Part shown: piece after piece, positions 1 to 8,737 of the stretch
Position numbering within the stretch: the first letter of the stretch is position 1
Layout: each line of letters starts with the position of its first letter
Source of the DNA: Candidatus Nitrosopumilus koreensis AR1
Lineage (GTDB): Archaea > Thermoproteota > Nitrososphaeria > Nitrososphaerales > Nitrosopumilaceae
Length of the DNA: 32,000 nucleotides
Reading direction: 5' to 3'
Assembly: GCF_000299365.1 (NCBI RefSeq)
Contig: NC_018655.1
Span: forward strand, 1,410,001 to 1,442,000
Made by a program: the position numbers and the translations under genes
Notes under the pieces: generated by a model
What the model was told of the DNA's origin: nothing
The model's input: the letters and a program-made list of their open reading frames with translations, nothing else
The model's database searches: none

Positions 1-16
1 TGAACAACCAGAAACC

Positions 17-502
17 ATGGAGGTTGAGGATACGGTAAATAAGGAATTGGATCCAATTGAAGAAACAATACCAGAAATTCAAGAAAAATTAGAAGACATT
101 GAAAAAATAAATCTTGAAAACGAATACACACCAAAAGAGAGAGAGTGGATTACTTCAGGACCATTTCAAATTGATCGAACTGAATATGTGTTGGGAGAGA
201 AAATTTTTCTCAGAATTGGCGGATTAGATTATGAAGAAAAAGGTCAAGTTGTATTTTTAAAACCAAAAAACAGTACACATTACGAAGTTTATTTATCAAT
301 TCCATTTGACGGGGCAGAAAAACCAGCATTCAATTATTATTTACAACCACAGCTTTCAAAATCAAGTGGATATTGTTCTGTGGATGAATTTGTAGGAGAA
401 TGGAGAGTTGTTTTTAGAGGGACCGATTACCCTAATTTAGAATTTAAAATCATAAATAAGATACTTCCAGGAGATGAAGAGAGTTATCAACCTGTTTGCT
501 AA
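17..502 (+). CDS. Hypothetical protein with an acidic N-terminal region and a beta-rich C-terminal domain; possibly 5'-truncated by the window edge
   Basis: 161-aa ORF. The reading frame stays open from nt 2 to the ATG at 17, so the gene may begin upstream of the window. I recognise no family motif. It ends 1 nt from the convergent hisI stop. Confidence 0.45.
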   Translation: MEVEDTVNKELDPIEETIPEIQEKLEDIEKINLENEYTPKEREWITSGPFQIDRTEYVLGEKIFLRIGGLDYEEKGQVVFLKPKNSTHYEVYLSIPFDGAEKPAFNYYLQPQLSKSSGYCSVDEFVGEWRVVFRGTDYPNLEFKIINKILPGDEESYQPVC

Positions 503-503
503 T

Positions 504-839
504 TTATTTTTCAAGTGAGTTATGAAAACATACTCTCTCTCCAGTGTGACATGCAGGTCCCGATGGTTCAACAAGATAAATAATGGCATCAGAATCACAA
601 TCGACAAGAATTTCTTTGACTTTTTGAGTATTACCAGATTCTTCACCTTTCATCCAAAGTTTGTTTCTAGAACGACTGAAAAACCAAGAGTTACCAGTTT
701 TCTTTGTTAGTTCCAATGATTCCTTGTTTGAATATGCAAGAGTAAGTACATCTTTGGTGTTTGCATCTTGAACAATAATTGGAATCAGCCCTCCACTTTT
801 TTCAAAATCAATTTCTTCAATTGTTTTATCCATAGACAC
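504..839 (-). CDS. hisI: Phosphoribosyl-AMP cyclohydrolase (monofunctional HisI, no HisE domain)
   Basis: 111 aa. Contains the HisI-typical stretch SRSRNKLWMKGEESGN...DCDSDAIIYLVEPSGPACHTGERVCF. Last gene of the contiguous his cluster. Confidence 0.9.
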   Translation of the reverse strand: MSMDKTIEEIDFEKSGGLIPIIVQDANTKDVLTLAYSNKESLELTKKTGNSWFFSRSRNKLWMKGEESGNTQKVKEILVDCDSDAIIYLVEPSGPACHTGERVCFHNSLEK

Positions 840-855
840 TCATGACAGGATTTCT

Positions 856-1656
856 TTATAATCGTACAGAGATGTTTTTCTCTCTAAGAATTTCTTTGAC
901 TCTATTTACCGATTGGTCTTCATAGTGAAAAATTGAGGCAGCTAAAGCAGCATCAACATTAGATTTTTCAAATATTTCATACATGTCTTCTGGTTTTCCA
1001 CATCCTCCAGATGCAATAACTGGTACAGAAACAGTATCAACTATTTTTTTTGTAAGCAAAACATCATATCCATCTTTTGTTCCATCTTTATCTATACTAG
1101 TTAGAAGTACTTCTCCAGCACCAAGTTCTGTTGCTTTTTTTGCCCATTGAATGGCATCAAGTCCAGTTTCCCGTTTACCACCATAAATGAAAACCTCAAA
1201 CCAAAACTTTTTTCCATTTTCTTCAAACATTGTTTTAGTAGAATCCTCAGAATAATTTCGTTTTGCATCTATAGCTATCACAACACATTGTTTTCCAAAT
1301 ACAGTCATAAGTTCAGTTAACAGTGTAGGGTTTTTTACAGCACCTGTATTCACTCCAACTTTGTCTGCACCACTAAGCAAAATATTTCTTGCATCATCCA
1401 TACTGTTTACCCCACCACCCACAGTAAATGGAATATCAATGACTTTAGCAACACTAGCTACCAGTTCTTTGATTGTTTTTCTTTTTTCTTGAGATGCAGT
1501 GATATCTAAAAAAACAAGTTCGTCTGCTCCATCTTTACTATATTTGGCAGCAAGCTCAACTGGATCTCCTGCATCCTTTATTGATTCAAAGTTTAATCCT
1601 TTGACTACTCGTCCATTATCTACATCCAGACATGGAATGATTCGTTTAGTCAACAA
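856..1656 (-). CDS. hisF: Imidazole glycerol phosphate synthase cyclase subunit HisF
   Basis: The (L)[11 protein letters not shown]...GADKV...SGGCG pattern is typical of HisF. The track ORF runs to 1692 (ATG) and overlaps hisA by 47 nt. A TTG at 1656 gives the canonical N-terminus [12 protein letters not shown] with an 11-nt overlap, so I prefer it. The start is uncertain (1656, 1653 or 1692). Confidence 0.88.
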   Translation of the reverse strand: MLTKRIIPCLDVDNGRVVKGLNFESIKDAGDPVELAAKYSKDGADELVFLDITASQEKRKTIKELVASVAKVIDIPFTVGGGVNSMDDARNILLSGADKVGVNTGAVKNPTLLTELMTVFGKQCVVIAIDAKRNYSEDSTKTMFEENGKKFWFEVFIYGGKRETGLDAIQWAKKATELGAGEVLLTSIDKDGTKDGYDVLLTKKIVDTVSVPVIASGGCGKPEDMYEIFEKSNVDAALAASIFHYEDQSVNRVKEILREKNISVRL

Positions 1657-2356
1657 GTTGTTTTGCCTCCTCAATTGATATCTTGTTTTCATATAGTGCT
1701 TTACCCAAAATTACTGCAAATGCATTTTTTGTTTGTACATTTGATACATCATCAATATTTGATATCCCACCACTTGCAATTACATTTGTATTTTGTATAG
1801 CACATGCTTTTTCTAAAAATTCCAAGTCAGGGCCTTCCATTGTTCCATCCTTGCTTACATTTGTGAGTAAAAATTCGGTAAATCCCATGTTTACAAATTC
1901 ATGTATTGCATCAATCAAAGGTGTTTTTGTACTCTCTTTCCATCCATGTGTAACAATAAATCCATCTACATGATCAACTGAGATTACAATTTTTGAAAAT
2001 CCATATTTTTTAGCAATATATTGCAATAATTCTTTATTTTTAAATGCCAAAGTACCAAGAACAATTCGAGTGGCAAAAGAAATTGCCCTATCAATTGTTA
2101 CCTCATCACGTAGACCACCAGCCACCTCAACAGGTATGGACAATTCCGTTGTAATTTCTTCAATCAAATCCAAATTACTTCCAGTTCCAAGTGTTGCATC
2201 TAAATCAACAATATGCAACATATCAGCTCCTGCTTCTTGCCATTTTTTGGCAACAGATACAGGATCATCACTATAAACCGTTTTTTGTTTAGGATCTCCT
2301 TTGTATAATCGAACTACTTGTCCATCCATCAAATCAATTGCAGGAATTATTTTCAT
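1646..2356 (-). CDS. hisA: ProFAR isomerase HisA
   Basis: 236 aa. [21 protein letters not shown]...ASGGIS is a HisA-type (beta/alpha)8 signature. Sits between hisH and hisF. Confidence 0.9.
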   Translation of the reverse strand: MKIIPAIDLMDGQVVRLYKGDPKQKTVYSDDPVSVAKKWQEAGADMLHIVDLDATLGTGSNLDLIEEITTELSIPVEVAGGLRDEVTIDRAISFATRIVLGTLAFKNKELLQYIAKKYGFSKIVISVDHVDGFIVTHGWKESTKTPLIDAIHEFVNMGFTEFLLTNVSKDGTMEGPDLEFLEKACAIQNTNVIASGGISNIDDVSNVQTKNAFAVILGKALYENKISIEEAKQLVD

Positions 2357-2955
2357 TTAGAACACTCACGTAGAAAATTCTTTAGCATTAATGCACCAAC
2401 ATCGCCTGATTTTTCTGGATGAAATTGAGTTCCAAAATAATTTTCTTTTTGAACAATAGATGGGACTTTTACATCATAATCAGATTCTGCAACTATTACA
2501 TCTAGATTTTTAGGATTTGCTCTGTAAGAATGTACAAAGTATACCCACGAATTGTTTTCTACACCCTCAAGAATTTTATTTTCTTGTTTTATTTCAAGTG
2601 CATTCCATCCCATGTGTGGAACCTTTAGAGTATCAGGTAAAACAATGACATCACCATCAATTATTCCAAGACCTTTTTCTTTTCCTTCCTGACTCTTCTC
2701 AAAGAACATTTCCATTCCCAGACATATCCCAAATACAGGCGTACTGCCCACAACCTGAAGAAAGTCTACAGAATCACGATTAATACTCTGTATTGCAGGA
2801 TCAAAATTTCCAACTCCTGGCAAAAAGATTCCATCATATCCAGTTAGTTTGTCAACTTGAGTTTGAACTTCTACGGTTGCATTTTGTTTTTCCAGTGCAT
2901 TTTTGAGACTGAAAATATTTCCAGCTCCGTAATCAAAAATAGCAATCTTTGTCAT
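2353..2955 (-). CDS. hisH: Imidazole glycerol phosphate synthase glutaminase subunit HisH
   Basis: 200 aa class I GATase: IAIFDYGAGN, GICLGMEM (catalytic Cys), FGTQFHPEKS. 4-nt overlap with hisA. Confidence 0.9.
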   Translation of the reverse strand: MTKIAIFDYGAGNIFSLKNALEKQNATVEVQTQVDKLTGYDGIFLPGVGNFDPAIQSINRDSVDFLQVVGSTPVFGICLGMEMFFEKSQEGKEKGLGIIDGDVIVLPDTLKVPHMGWNALEIKQENKILEGVENNSWVYFVHSYRANPKNLDVIVAESDYDVKVPSIVQKENYFGTQFHPEKSGDVGALMLKNFLRECSK

Positions 2956-3542
2956 TACATTGCGCCTTTTGTACTAGGGATTCCTTTTTGTTTTGGGTCT
3001 TTCGAACATGCAATCCTAAATGCTACTGCCAAGGATTTTATTGCAGATTCTACCTTGTGGTGATCGTTGTCCCCATACTTTACAGTAAGGTGGATACAGC
3101 TGTTAAGATTTTGTAGTAAAGATTGGAAAAAGTGTTCAAGATCTTCTTTTGATACATCTTCAATCTTTGTTCTCTTGATGGACAAAGATAATTTGTAAAA
3201 TGGTCTTTTTACCAAATCTACTGATACTTCAGCTAATGATTCATCCATTGGAACAGATGCATAGCTAAATCTAGTAACGCCTGTTCTATTTCCTAATGCT
3301 TTATCAATTGCATTTCCAATTGTAATTGCAGTATCTTCAATTAAGTGATGTACAATATTGTCTTTTGATTTTGCTTTTACTGTTAAATCCAACATTGCAT
3401 GTTTTCCAAATGCAGTAATCAAGTGATCAATAAAGTTAACATCAGTAGATATGTTGGTTTTTCCTGTACCATCAATGTTAACTGTAACTGAAACACTTGT
3501 TTCTTTTGTTTCACGTTTTATTTTGCTTGAGCGTTTTTTCAT
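2955..3542 (-). CDS. hisB: Imidazoleglycerol-phosphate dehydratase (monofunctional, no fused phosphatase domain)
   Basis: 195 aa. [27 protein letters not shown] and [13 protein letters not shown] match the IGPD His-rich metal motifs. The length fits the dehydratase domain only. Confidence 0.9.
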   Translation of the reverse strand: MKKRSSKIKRETKETSVSVTVNIDGTGKTNISTDVNFIDHLITAFGKHAMLDLTVKAKSKDNIVHHLIEDTAITIGNAIDKALGNRTGVTRFSYASVPMDESLAEVSVDLVKRPFYKLSLSIKRTKIEDVSKEDLEHFFQSLLQNLNSCIHLTVKYGDNDHHKVESAIKSLAVAFRIACSKDPKQKGIPSTKGAM

Positions 3543-3570
3543 TTTATCACCAGAGAATAATCATACTTTA

Positions 3571-4491
3571 TCAAACTAAATTTAATACCTTCGGAATATC
3601 ATTTATTGATTCAAGAATCATTTGCACGCCTGACTTTGCAAATAGTTTACGTCTATCTTCAGGATTTGTGCTTGTACCCACAATTGCACAAAAAGTGGTA
3701 GGATTTCCTGCCGCTGTTGCATCTTTTGCCATCATATAATCCTCCATTGAATCGCCCACATACAGACAATTTTTTGAACCCATAGCTTGTATAGCGCGAA
3801 TAAGTGCTGCAGGATTTGGTTTTGCCAACGCTCTTGGTTCGTCTTCTAAAAATGCAGAGCTGTTTATGTCAAAGTAATTTAGCATGTCTTTTAGGGAATA
3901 ACGAATTGATTCAATTCCTCTGCCAGTAACAACTGCCAATTTTTTTCCAAATTCTTTTTGCAATGTTTTCAATAGAGATACAGATAAAATTACTTTATCA
4001 TTTGAGATCATACCTTTTTCAGAAAATTTTGATGGTTTTTCAAACAATTTTTCATACAGTTCTGGTCCAAAAAAAATCTGATCAAAGATAGAATAAACTG
4101 GATTGCGGTGTCTATCATCTAATGAACCTAATTTAGATAAAAATTCAGAAATATCACAAATGGATTTAACATAACTCTGAACAGAAAGTATTCCAGTTTT
4201 ATCAGTATTTGATATAACTTTACAGATAAATTCAGAGGGATTCTCGTTTAGTTTATCAGCTACATACAATGACAATACTGCAGCATATGTCAAGTCAACT
4301 TCATCATTGAATCCCCCTGATGCTTTGAACCCATCAATTATTTTATGATCAATAGTAATGGAATCAATTCCTGCATATTCTTTAAGGATGTATTTGCATG
4401 TCTTGTCGATTGTTTTGTCATAAGACTGAGTAATATCTACCAACACTCCATCACAATCAAAAATTATAGAATCAAATTTTTGATTGTTCAA
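3571..4491 (-). CDS. HAD-superfamily hydrolase with a large cap insert; candidate histidinol-phosphate phosphatase by operon position
   Basis: 306 aa. HAD motif I FDCDGVLVD, motif II VVTGRG, a Lys in LAKPNP, motif IV VGDSMED. Embedded between hisC (4-nt gap) and hisB (28-nt gap). Confidence 0.6.
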   Translation of the reverse strand: MNNQKFDSIIFDCDGVLVDITQSYDKTIDKTCKYILKEYAGIDSITIDHKIIDGFKASGGFNDEVDLTYAAVLSLYVADKLNENPSEFICKVISNTDKTGILSVQSYVKSICDISEFLSKLGSLDDRHRNPVYSIFDQIFFGPELYEKLFEKPSKFSEKGMISNDKVILSVSLLKTLQKEFGKKLAVVTGRGIESIRYSLKDMLNYFDINSSAFLEDEPRALAKPNPAALIRAIQAMGSKNCLYVGDSMEDYMMAKDATAAGNPTTFCAIVGTSTNPEDRRKLFAKSGVQMILESINDIPKVLNLV

Positions 4492-4495
4492 TTTT

Positions 4496-5566
4496 TTATC
4501 CTAAAAGATCACGTATTGCTAAAAGGAATTTTGAATTCATTTCCTTAGTTCCAACAGTAACACGCAGACATCCAGAATGAGAACCAATCTTACCCAGTTT
4601 ACGTATGGAAATTCCTTGTTCAACTAGTGCAGCAAACACACGCTTGTCTGCACCTTTAGCATCAAATAGGACAAAATTAGCCTTGGAATCAAATACTGTA
4701 AAAGCATCGTATTTGCGTAGAGTCTCAATGATTTTTTTGCGCTCGGCCTTGATGATTTCTGCTGCCTCCCTCATCTGATCTACTTTGTCCAGTGAGGCAA
4801 TTCCTGCCTCAATTGCAAGAGTGTTAAGAGGATATGGATATTGCAATACTTGGTTGAACACCTCAACTATTTTCTTGTTTGCCACAAAGTATCCTAAACG
4901 AAGACCTGCCAAACCAAAAGCTTTGGAAAATGTTTTGACAACTACAAGATTGTCATATTTTTTGGTTAGTGAAACAGTTGATGAGTCACCAAATTCTCCA
5001 TATGCTTCATCAATAATTACCAACCCATCAAATTTTTTGAGCAATGATTCTATCTGAGTCTTTGAAAATTGGAAACCAGTAGGATTGTTTGGGGAATCCA
5101 AGTATAGAATTTGACATTTTCCTAAATTAGCATTGAATTTTTCAAGATCTAATTTCATATCAGATGAAAAAGGGATCTTGATACAAGGAATTGCATATAG
5201 TTTACATCGTTCTTCAAAAAAACCAAATGTTGGATCAGACGTTAGAATTCTAGTCTTTTTTGATGCCAGGTTTGTTAAAAACAAATCCAAGATTTGATCA
5301 GAGCCATTTCCAACACCAATCATGTTTTCAGAAACTTTAAGATACTTTGATAGTTTTGATACCAGTCTTTCTATTCCACCCAACGGATATTCTCTAACAT
5401 CAGAATTTGCTCTAGCATAAGAAATGACATCCTGTTGAAATTTTTTGTTTATTACAAAATTCTCATTAGAGTCTAGTTTTAAAACATCATCAAACTTTTC
5501 AGGTTTTTTGTAACCACTTAGCTTTGCATATTCTTCTAATTTTTTTGCATACCACGAGTTTTTCAT
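4496..5566 (-). CDS. hisC: Histidinol-phosphate aminotransferase
   Basis: 356 aa class I/II aminotransferase: LDSNEN, YLDSPNNPTG, and TFSKAFGLAGLRLGY (PLP lysine). his operon context. Confidence 0.88.
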   Translation of the reverse strand: MKNSWYAKKLEEYAKLSGYKKPEKFDDVLKLDSNENFVINKKFQQDVISYARANSDVREYPLGGIERLVSKLSKYLKVSENMIGVGNGSDQILDLFLTNLASKKTRILTSDPTFGFFEERCKLYAIPCIKIPFSSDMKLDLEKFNANLGKCQILYLDSPNNPTGFQFSKTQIESLLKKFDGLVIIDEAYGEFGDSSTVSLTKKYDNLVVVKTFSKAFGLAGLRLGYFVANKKIVEVFNQVLQYPYPLNTLAIEAGIASLDKVDQMREAAEIIKAERKKIIETLRKYDAFTVFDSKANFVLFDAKGADKRVFAALVEQGISIRKLGKIGSHSGCLRVTVGTKEMNSKFLLAIRDLLG

Positions 5567-6831
5567 TACAATCTACCCCTTACTGCCTCATAGTGATTTG
5601 GCAATCCTTCTGCTAAAGTGAGATCCTGCATAGATTTTGATATTTTCTGTAAATCTTTTTTGCTAGTTTCTACTTTGGTTAAGAGTTTTACAAAATCTAA
5701 TACAGATAAGGAACCTCGAGTTTTGCCAAATCCGTTTGTTGGTAATATGTGATTTGAGCCTAGTAAATAATCACTTGCAGAAGATGGACTGTTTTTTCCG
5801 AGTAAAACTAATCCAGGATTTTTGATTTTATTCCATTTTTTAACATTTTTGCTCATAATCTCCAAGTGCTCAGGTGCCAGATCATTTACAATATTGACAA
5901 TATCAGATGCCTTACACACACCAATGAATCCATTTGATTCAAGACTAGATTTTACAATCTTTGAGCGCTGAATATTTTGGAGTTTAGAATTTACACTAGA
6001 TTGGATTTTCTTTGCAATTGAGTTTGAGGTAGTCAGTGCATAACAAAATGTATCTGAAGAGTGTTCTGCTTGTGAAATAAGATCTAGTGCTGCAAGATCA
6101 GCATCTGTTGCAGAATCAATGACAATTCCTAGTTCAGTTGGACCTGCCATCATGTCTATGGATACAATATTGCTTACCAGATATTTTGCTAAAGTAACAA
6201 ATGCACCACCAGGTCCTACAATCTTATCTACTTTTTTGATAGAAGGTGTCCCATATGTTAATGCTGCTATTGATTGTGCACCACCAGTTTTGTAAATTTC
6301 AGTTGCGCCACAAATATCAGCTGCCACAATCGTTAATGGATCTATATTTCCTAAAGAGTTAGGTGGAGATACTACAACTATTCTTTTCACACCTGCAATT
6401 TGTGCAGGAGTAACAGACATTACAGCAGAACTTGGATATCTTGCCATTCCACCTGGCACATAACATCCAACGCTATCAATTGGAACAAAGGATTTTGAGA
6501 GTTTTGTTCCATCAAATTTTATTGTAATATCTTTGAACTGACGTTTTATTGCAGATTCTGCTTTTGATAATCTTGATTTTGCGAGTTTGATTGCAGAGAT
6601 ATCCTTTGCTGAAACTTTAGAGTATGCACTAGTAATTTCACGTTGTGAAACTCTTAATGACGAAATTTTACCTGCTCCAAACTTTTTTTCATATTTTTTA
6701 AGTGCAGTATCACCATTATTTTTTACATCGTTGAGTATAGATTCTACAATTTTCTGGTTTTTTGAAGAGTTTTTTGTGCCTATTTTCTTTAGAAACTGCT
6801 CTGGGTTATTAATTGAAATGATTTTCATCAA
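5566..6831 (-). CDS. hisD: Histidinol dehydrogenase
   Basis: 421 aa: GCYVPGG...YPSS, SQAEHS, APEHLE, and a GSNHILPT-type motif. Overlaps hisC by 1 nt and hisG by 4 nt. Confidence 0.9.
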   Translation of the reverse strand: MMKIISINNPEQFLKKIGTKNSSKNQKIVESILNDVKNNGDTALKKYEKKFGAGKISSLRVSQREITSAYSKVSAKDISAIKLAKSRLSKAESAIKRQFKDITIKFDGTKLSKSFVPIDSVGCYVPGGMARYPSSAVMSVTPAQIAGVKRIVVVSPPNSLGNIDPLTIVAADICGATEIYKTGGAQSIAALTYGTPSIKKVDKIVGPGGAFVTLAKYLVSNIVSIDMMAGPTELGIVIDSATDADLAALDLISQAEHSSDTFCYALTTSNSIAKKIQSSVNSKLQNIQRSKIVKSSLESNGFIGVCKASDIVNIVNDLAPEHLEIMSKNVKKWNKIKNPGLVLLGKNSPSSASDYLLGSNHILPTNGFGKTRGSLSVLDFVKLLTKVETSKKDLQKISKSMQDLTLAEGLPNHYEAVRGRL

Positions 6832-7805
6832 TTTTCCTCATCACGTTTGATCTCCTCAAGTTCCAGGATTTGTCGTGGTTCATGTACCACTAATCCTTGT
6901 GCAATCTTTCGTAATTTTGGAATTATTTTGTGAAATTCTGATTTTTTAATCACTGTGTTTACACCATACCAACCATCTTCGCTTAGTGGACTAATTGTTG
7001 GTTTTTTTAATGATGAAATTTGTTTTAGCATCTTTGGTAGATTCTTCTCTTCTACATTTAGGTAAATGTGTAGGTATTTTTTGCCATGTACTGCACCTCT
7101 CATCAGAGTAACAATATCAAAAATCTTTTCTCGTTTTGCTTTGTCTTTAAGTGATTTTTTGTTTACTATTAGATGTGCAGTTGATGTGAGAACTTCATCT
7201 ACAATTTTGAGTTTATTTTGTTTTAGCGTAGTTCCAGTTTCAGTTACATCCATGATTGCATCCACATCTTCTGGGGGTTTTGCCTCTGTTGCACCAAATG
7301 ACAGATGAATCTGAACTGATTTGTTAGTTCCAATACGCAGCCAAGGAGTGATAATTTGTGGATCTTTGTTTCCAAAATATTTTTTGTAAGATTTGCAACT
7401 CTTGATAAAACGAGACGCGGTTGTGAGATATTCAGAAGAAATTCTCAAAGTCTTTTTCATTTTAGCATAATCTGCAATCATTGCATCTAGATTTTTGTAT
7501 CGATAATTATCTGGAAATGCAATAACTAGTCTAATCTTACCATATTCTAGGTCCAGAATTGGTTCTACATCAGCGTTTGTTTCACCTACCCAATCTTTTC
7601 CAGTAATTCCTACATCGTATAATCCTTCATTAACTAAGGTTGGAATCTCCTGAGGTCGAAGCATCTTTACAATAATTTTTGGATCATCAAGATATACTCT
7701 GTATGTTCTACTCTTACGGTTGACCTTGGTCCATGACCTCTCCAAAAGCTTGAATGTAGCTTCCTCCAAACTTCCTTTAGGAATAGCAAACCTAATTTCA
7801 GACAT
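6828..7805 (-). CDS. hisG: ATP phosphoribosyltransferase, long form with C-terminal regulatory domain
   Basis: 325 aa: IRFAIPKGSLEE, DVGITGKDW, and TGTTLKQNKL (PRPP loop). First gene of the his operon. Confidence 0.88.
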   Translation of the reverse strand: MSEIRFAIPKGSLEEATFKLLERSWTKVNRKSRTYRVYLDDPKIIVKMLRPQEIPTLVNEGLYDVGITGKDWVGETNADVEPILDLEYGKIRLVIAFPDNYRYKNLDAMIADYAKMKKTLRISSEYLTTASRFIKSCKSYKKYFGNKDPQIITPWLRIGTNKSVQIHLSFGATEAKPPEDVDAIMDVTETGTTLKQNKLKIVDEVLTSTAHLIVNKKSLKDKAKREKIFDIVTLMRGAVHGKKYLHIYLNVEEKNLPKMLKQISSLKKPTISPLSEDGWYGVNTVIKKSEFHKIIPKLRKIAQGLVVHEPRQILELEEIKRDEEN

Positions 7806-7861
7806 AATTTTACTTCGAAAAACCAGTATATAACAGACTATTTAATTTAAAAGCAACATAA
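7806..7861. promoter_or_regulatory. Divergent promoter region shared by hisG and the 7862 gene, with a palindromic TATATA(A) box
   Basis: 56-nt AT-rich spacer. TATATAA at 7827-7833 lies 22 nt from the hisG ATG (7805) and 29 nt from the ATG at 7862. That spacing suits archaeal TATA boxes driving leaderless or near-leaderless mRNAs in both directions. Confidence 0.4.
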
Positions 7862-8737
7862 ATGAAAAAAGTAGTTTTCGCTCTAAGTGGAATAATAATA
7901 CTAATCACAGTTGTTTTAATATTTTTTTCACCACAAGAGAATTTGTCCAATACAGAAGAAAAAAACATCAGCCAAGACATAGTGTTTGATTTAAACTATA
8001 ACCCAGGTGGAAATCGTATTAATTTAGATACATCAGACCTTTTTTTGCAATACACATATGAAGAAGATCTAAACAAGGACATGAGTTTTAGATATTCTTG
8101 GTTTGAACCTAAAGAAGAATCACTGTCAATAATTAACGAAATGAAAAAGGGTGTGGGTAAAACAATTGTTATTCTTCCAGTTTTTACTCATTCTGCATAT
8201 GGTTCAAATGGATTTTATGATTATTATGATGGAATTTGCGGAAAAGAATGTTTAACTGTAAAAATAGATAGAGTACAACCACCGCAATATAATTCAGGAA
8301 AAAATGCAATCCAGATTTTAAATTTATTAGGATTTGAAATGATTTCTGATATTGATGTTCATAAAAATCCCAACATTTTGGTCCAATACGATAAAGTAAT
8401 TTTGTTACATAATGAATATGTCACAAAAGAAATGTTTGACGCAATTGATTCACATCCAAAAGTGTTGTATCTTTATCCAAATGCCCTTTATGCTGAAGTA
8501 TCTTATGATGAACAAAACGATGAAATCACATTAGTAAAAGGTCATGCATATCCAGATTCATCAATAGATAATGGGTTTAATTGGGAATTTGATAATACTA
8601 GACCGTATGAATATGATACAGAATGTGCAAATTGGGAATTTTATAAAATTGATAACGGTGTGATGTTAAATTGTTATCCAGAATACATTATTTGGAAAGA
8701 CACATCACTACTTGAATCAATAATAAAAAACGATTAA
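7862..8737 (+). CDS. Hypothetical membrane-anchored or secreted protein
   Basis: 291 aa. N-terminal hydrophobic helix (VVFALSGIIILITVVLIFF), then a Tyr/Asn/Asp-rich soluble domain with scattered Cys. No family recognised. Confidence 0.5.
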   Translation: MKKVVFALSGIIILITVVLIFFSPQENLSNTEEKNISQDIVFDLNYNPGGNRINLDTSDLFLQYTYEEDLNKDMSFRYSWFEPKEESLSIINEMKKGVGKTIVILPVFTHSAYGSNGFYDYYDGICGKECLTVKIDRVQPPQYNSGKNAIQILNLLGFEMISDIDVHKNPNILVQYDKVILLHNEYVTKEMFDAIDSHPKVLYLYPNALYAEVSYDEQNDEITLVKGHAYPDSSIDNGFNWEFDNTRPYEYDTECANWEFYKIDNGVMLNCYPEYIIWKDTSLLESIIKND

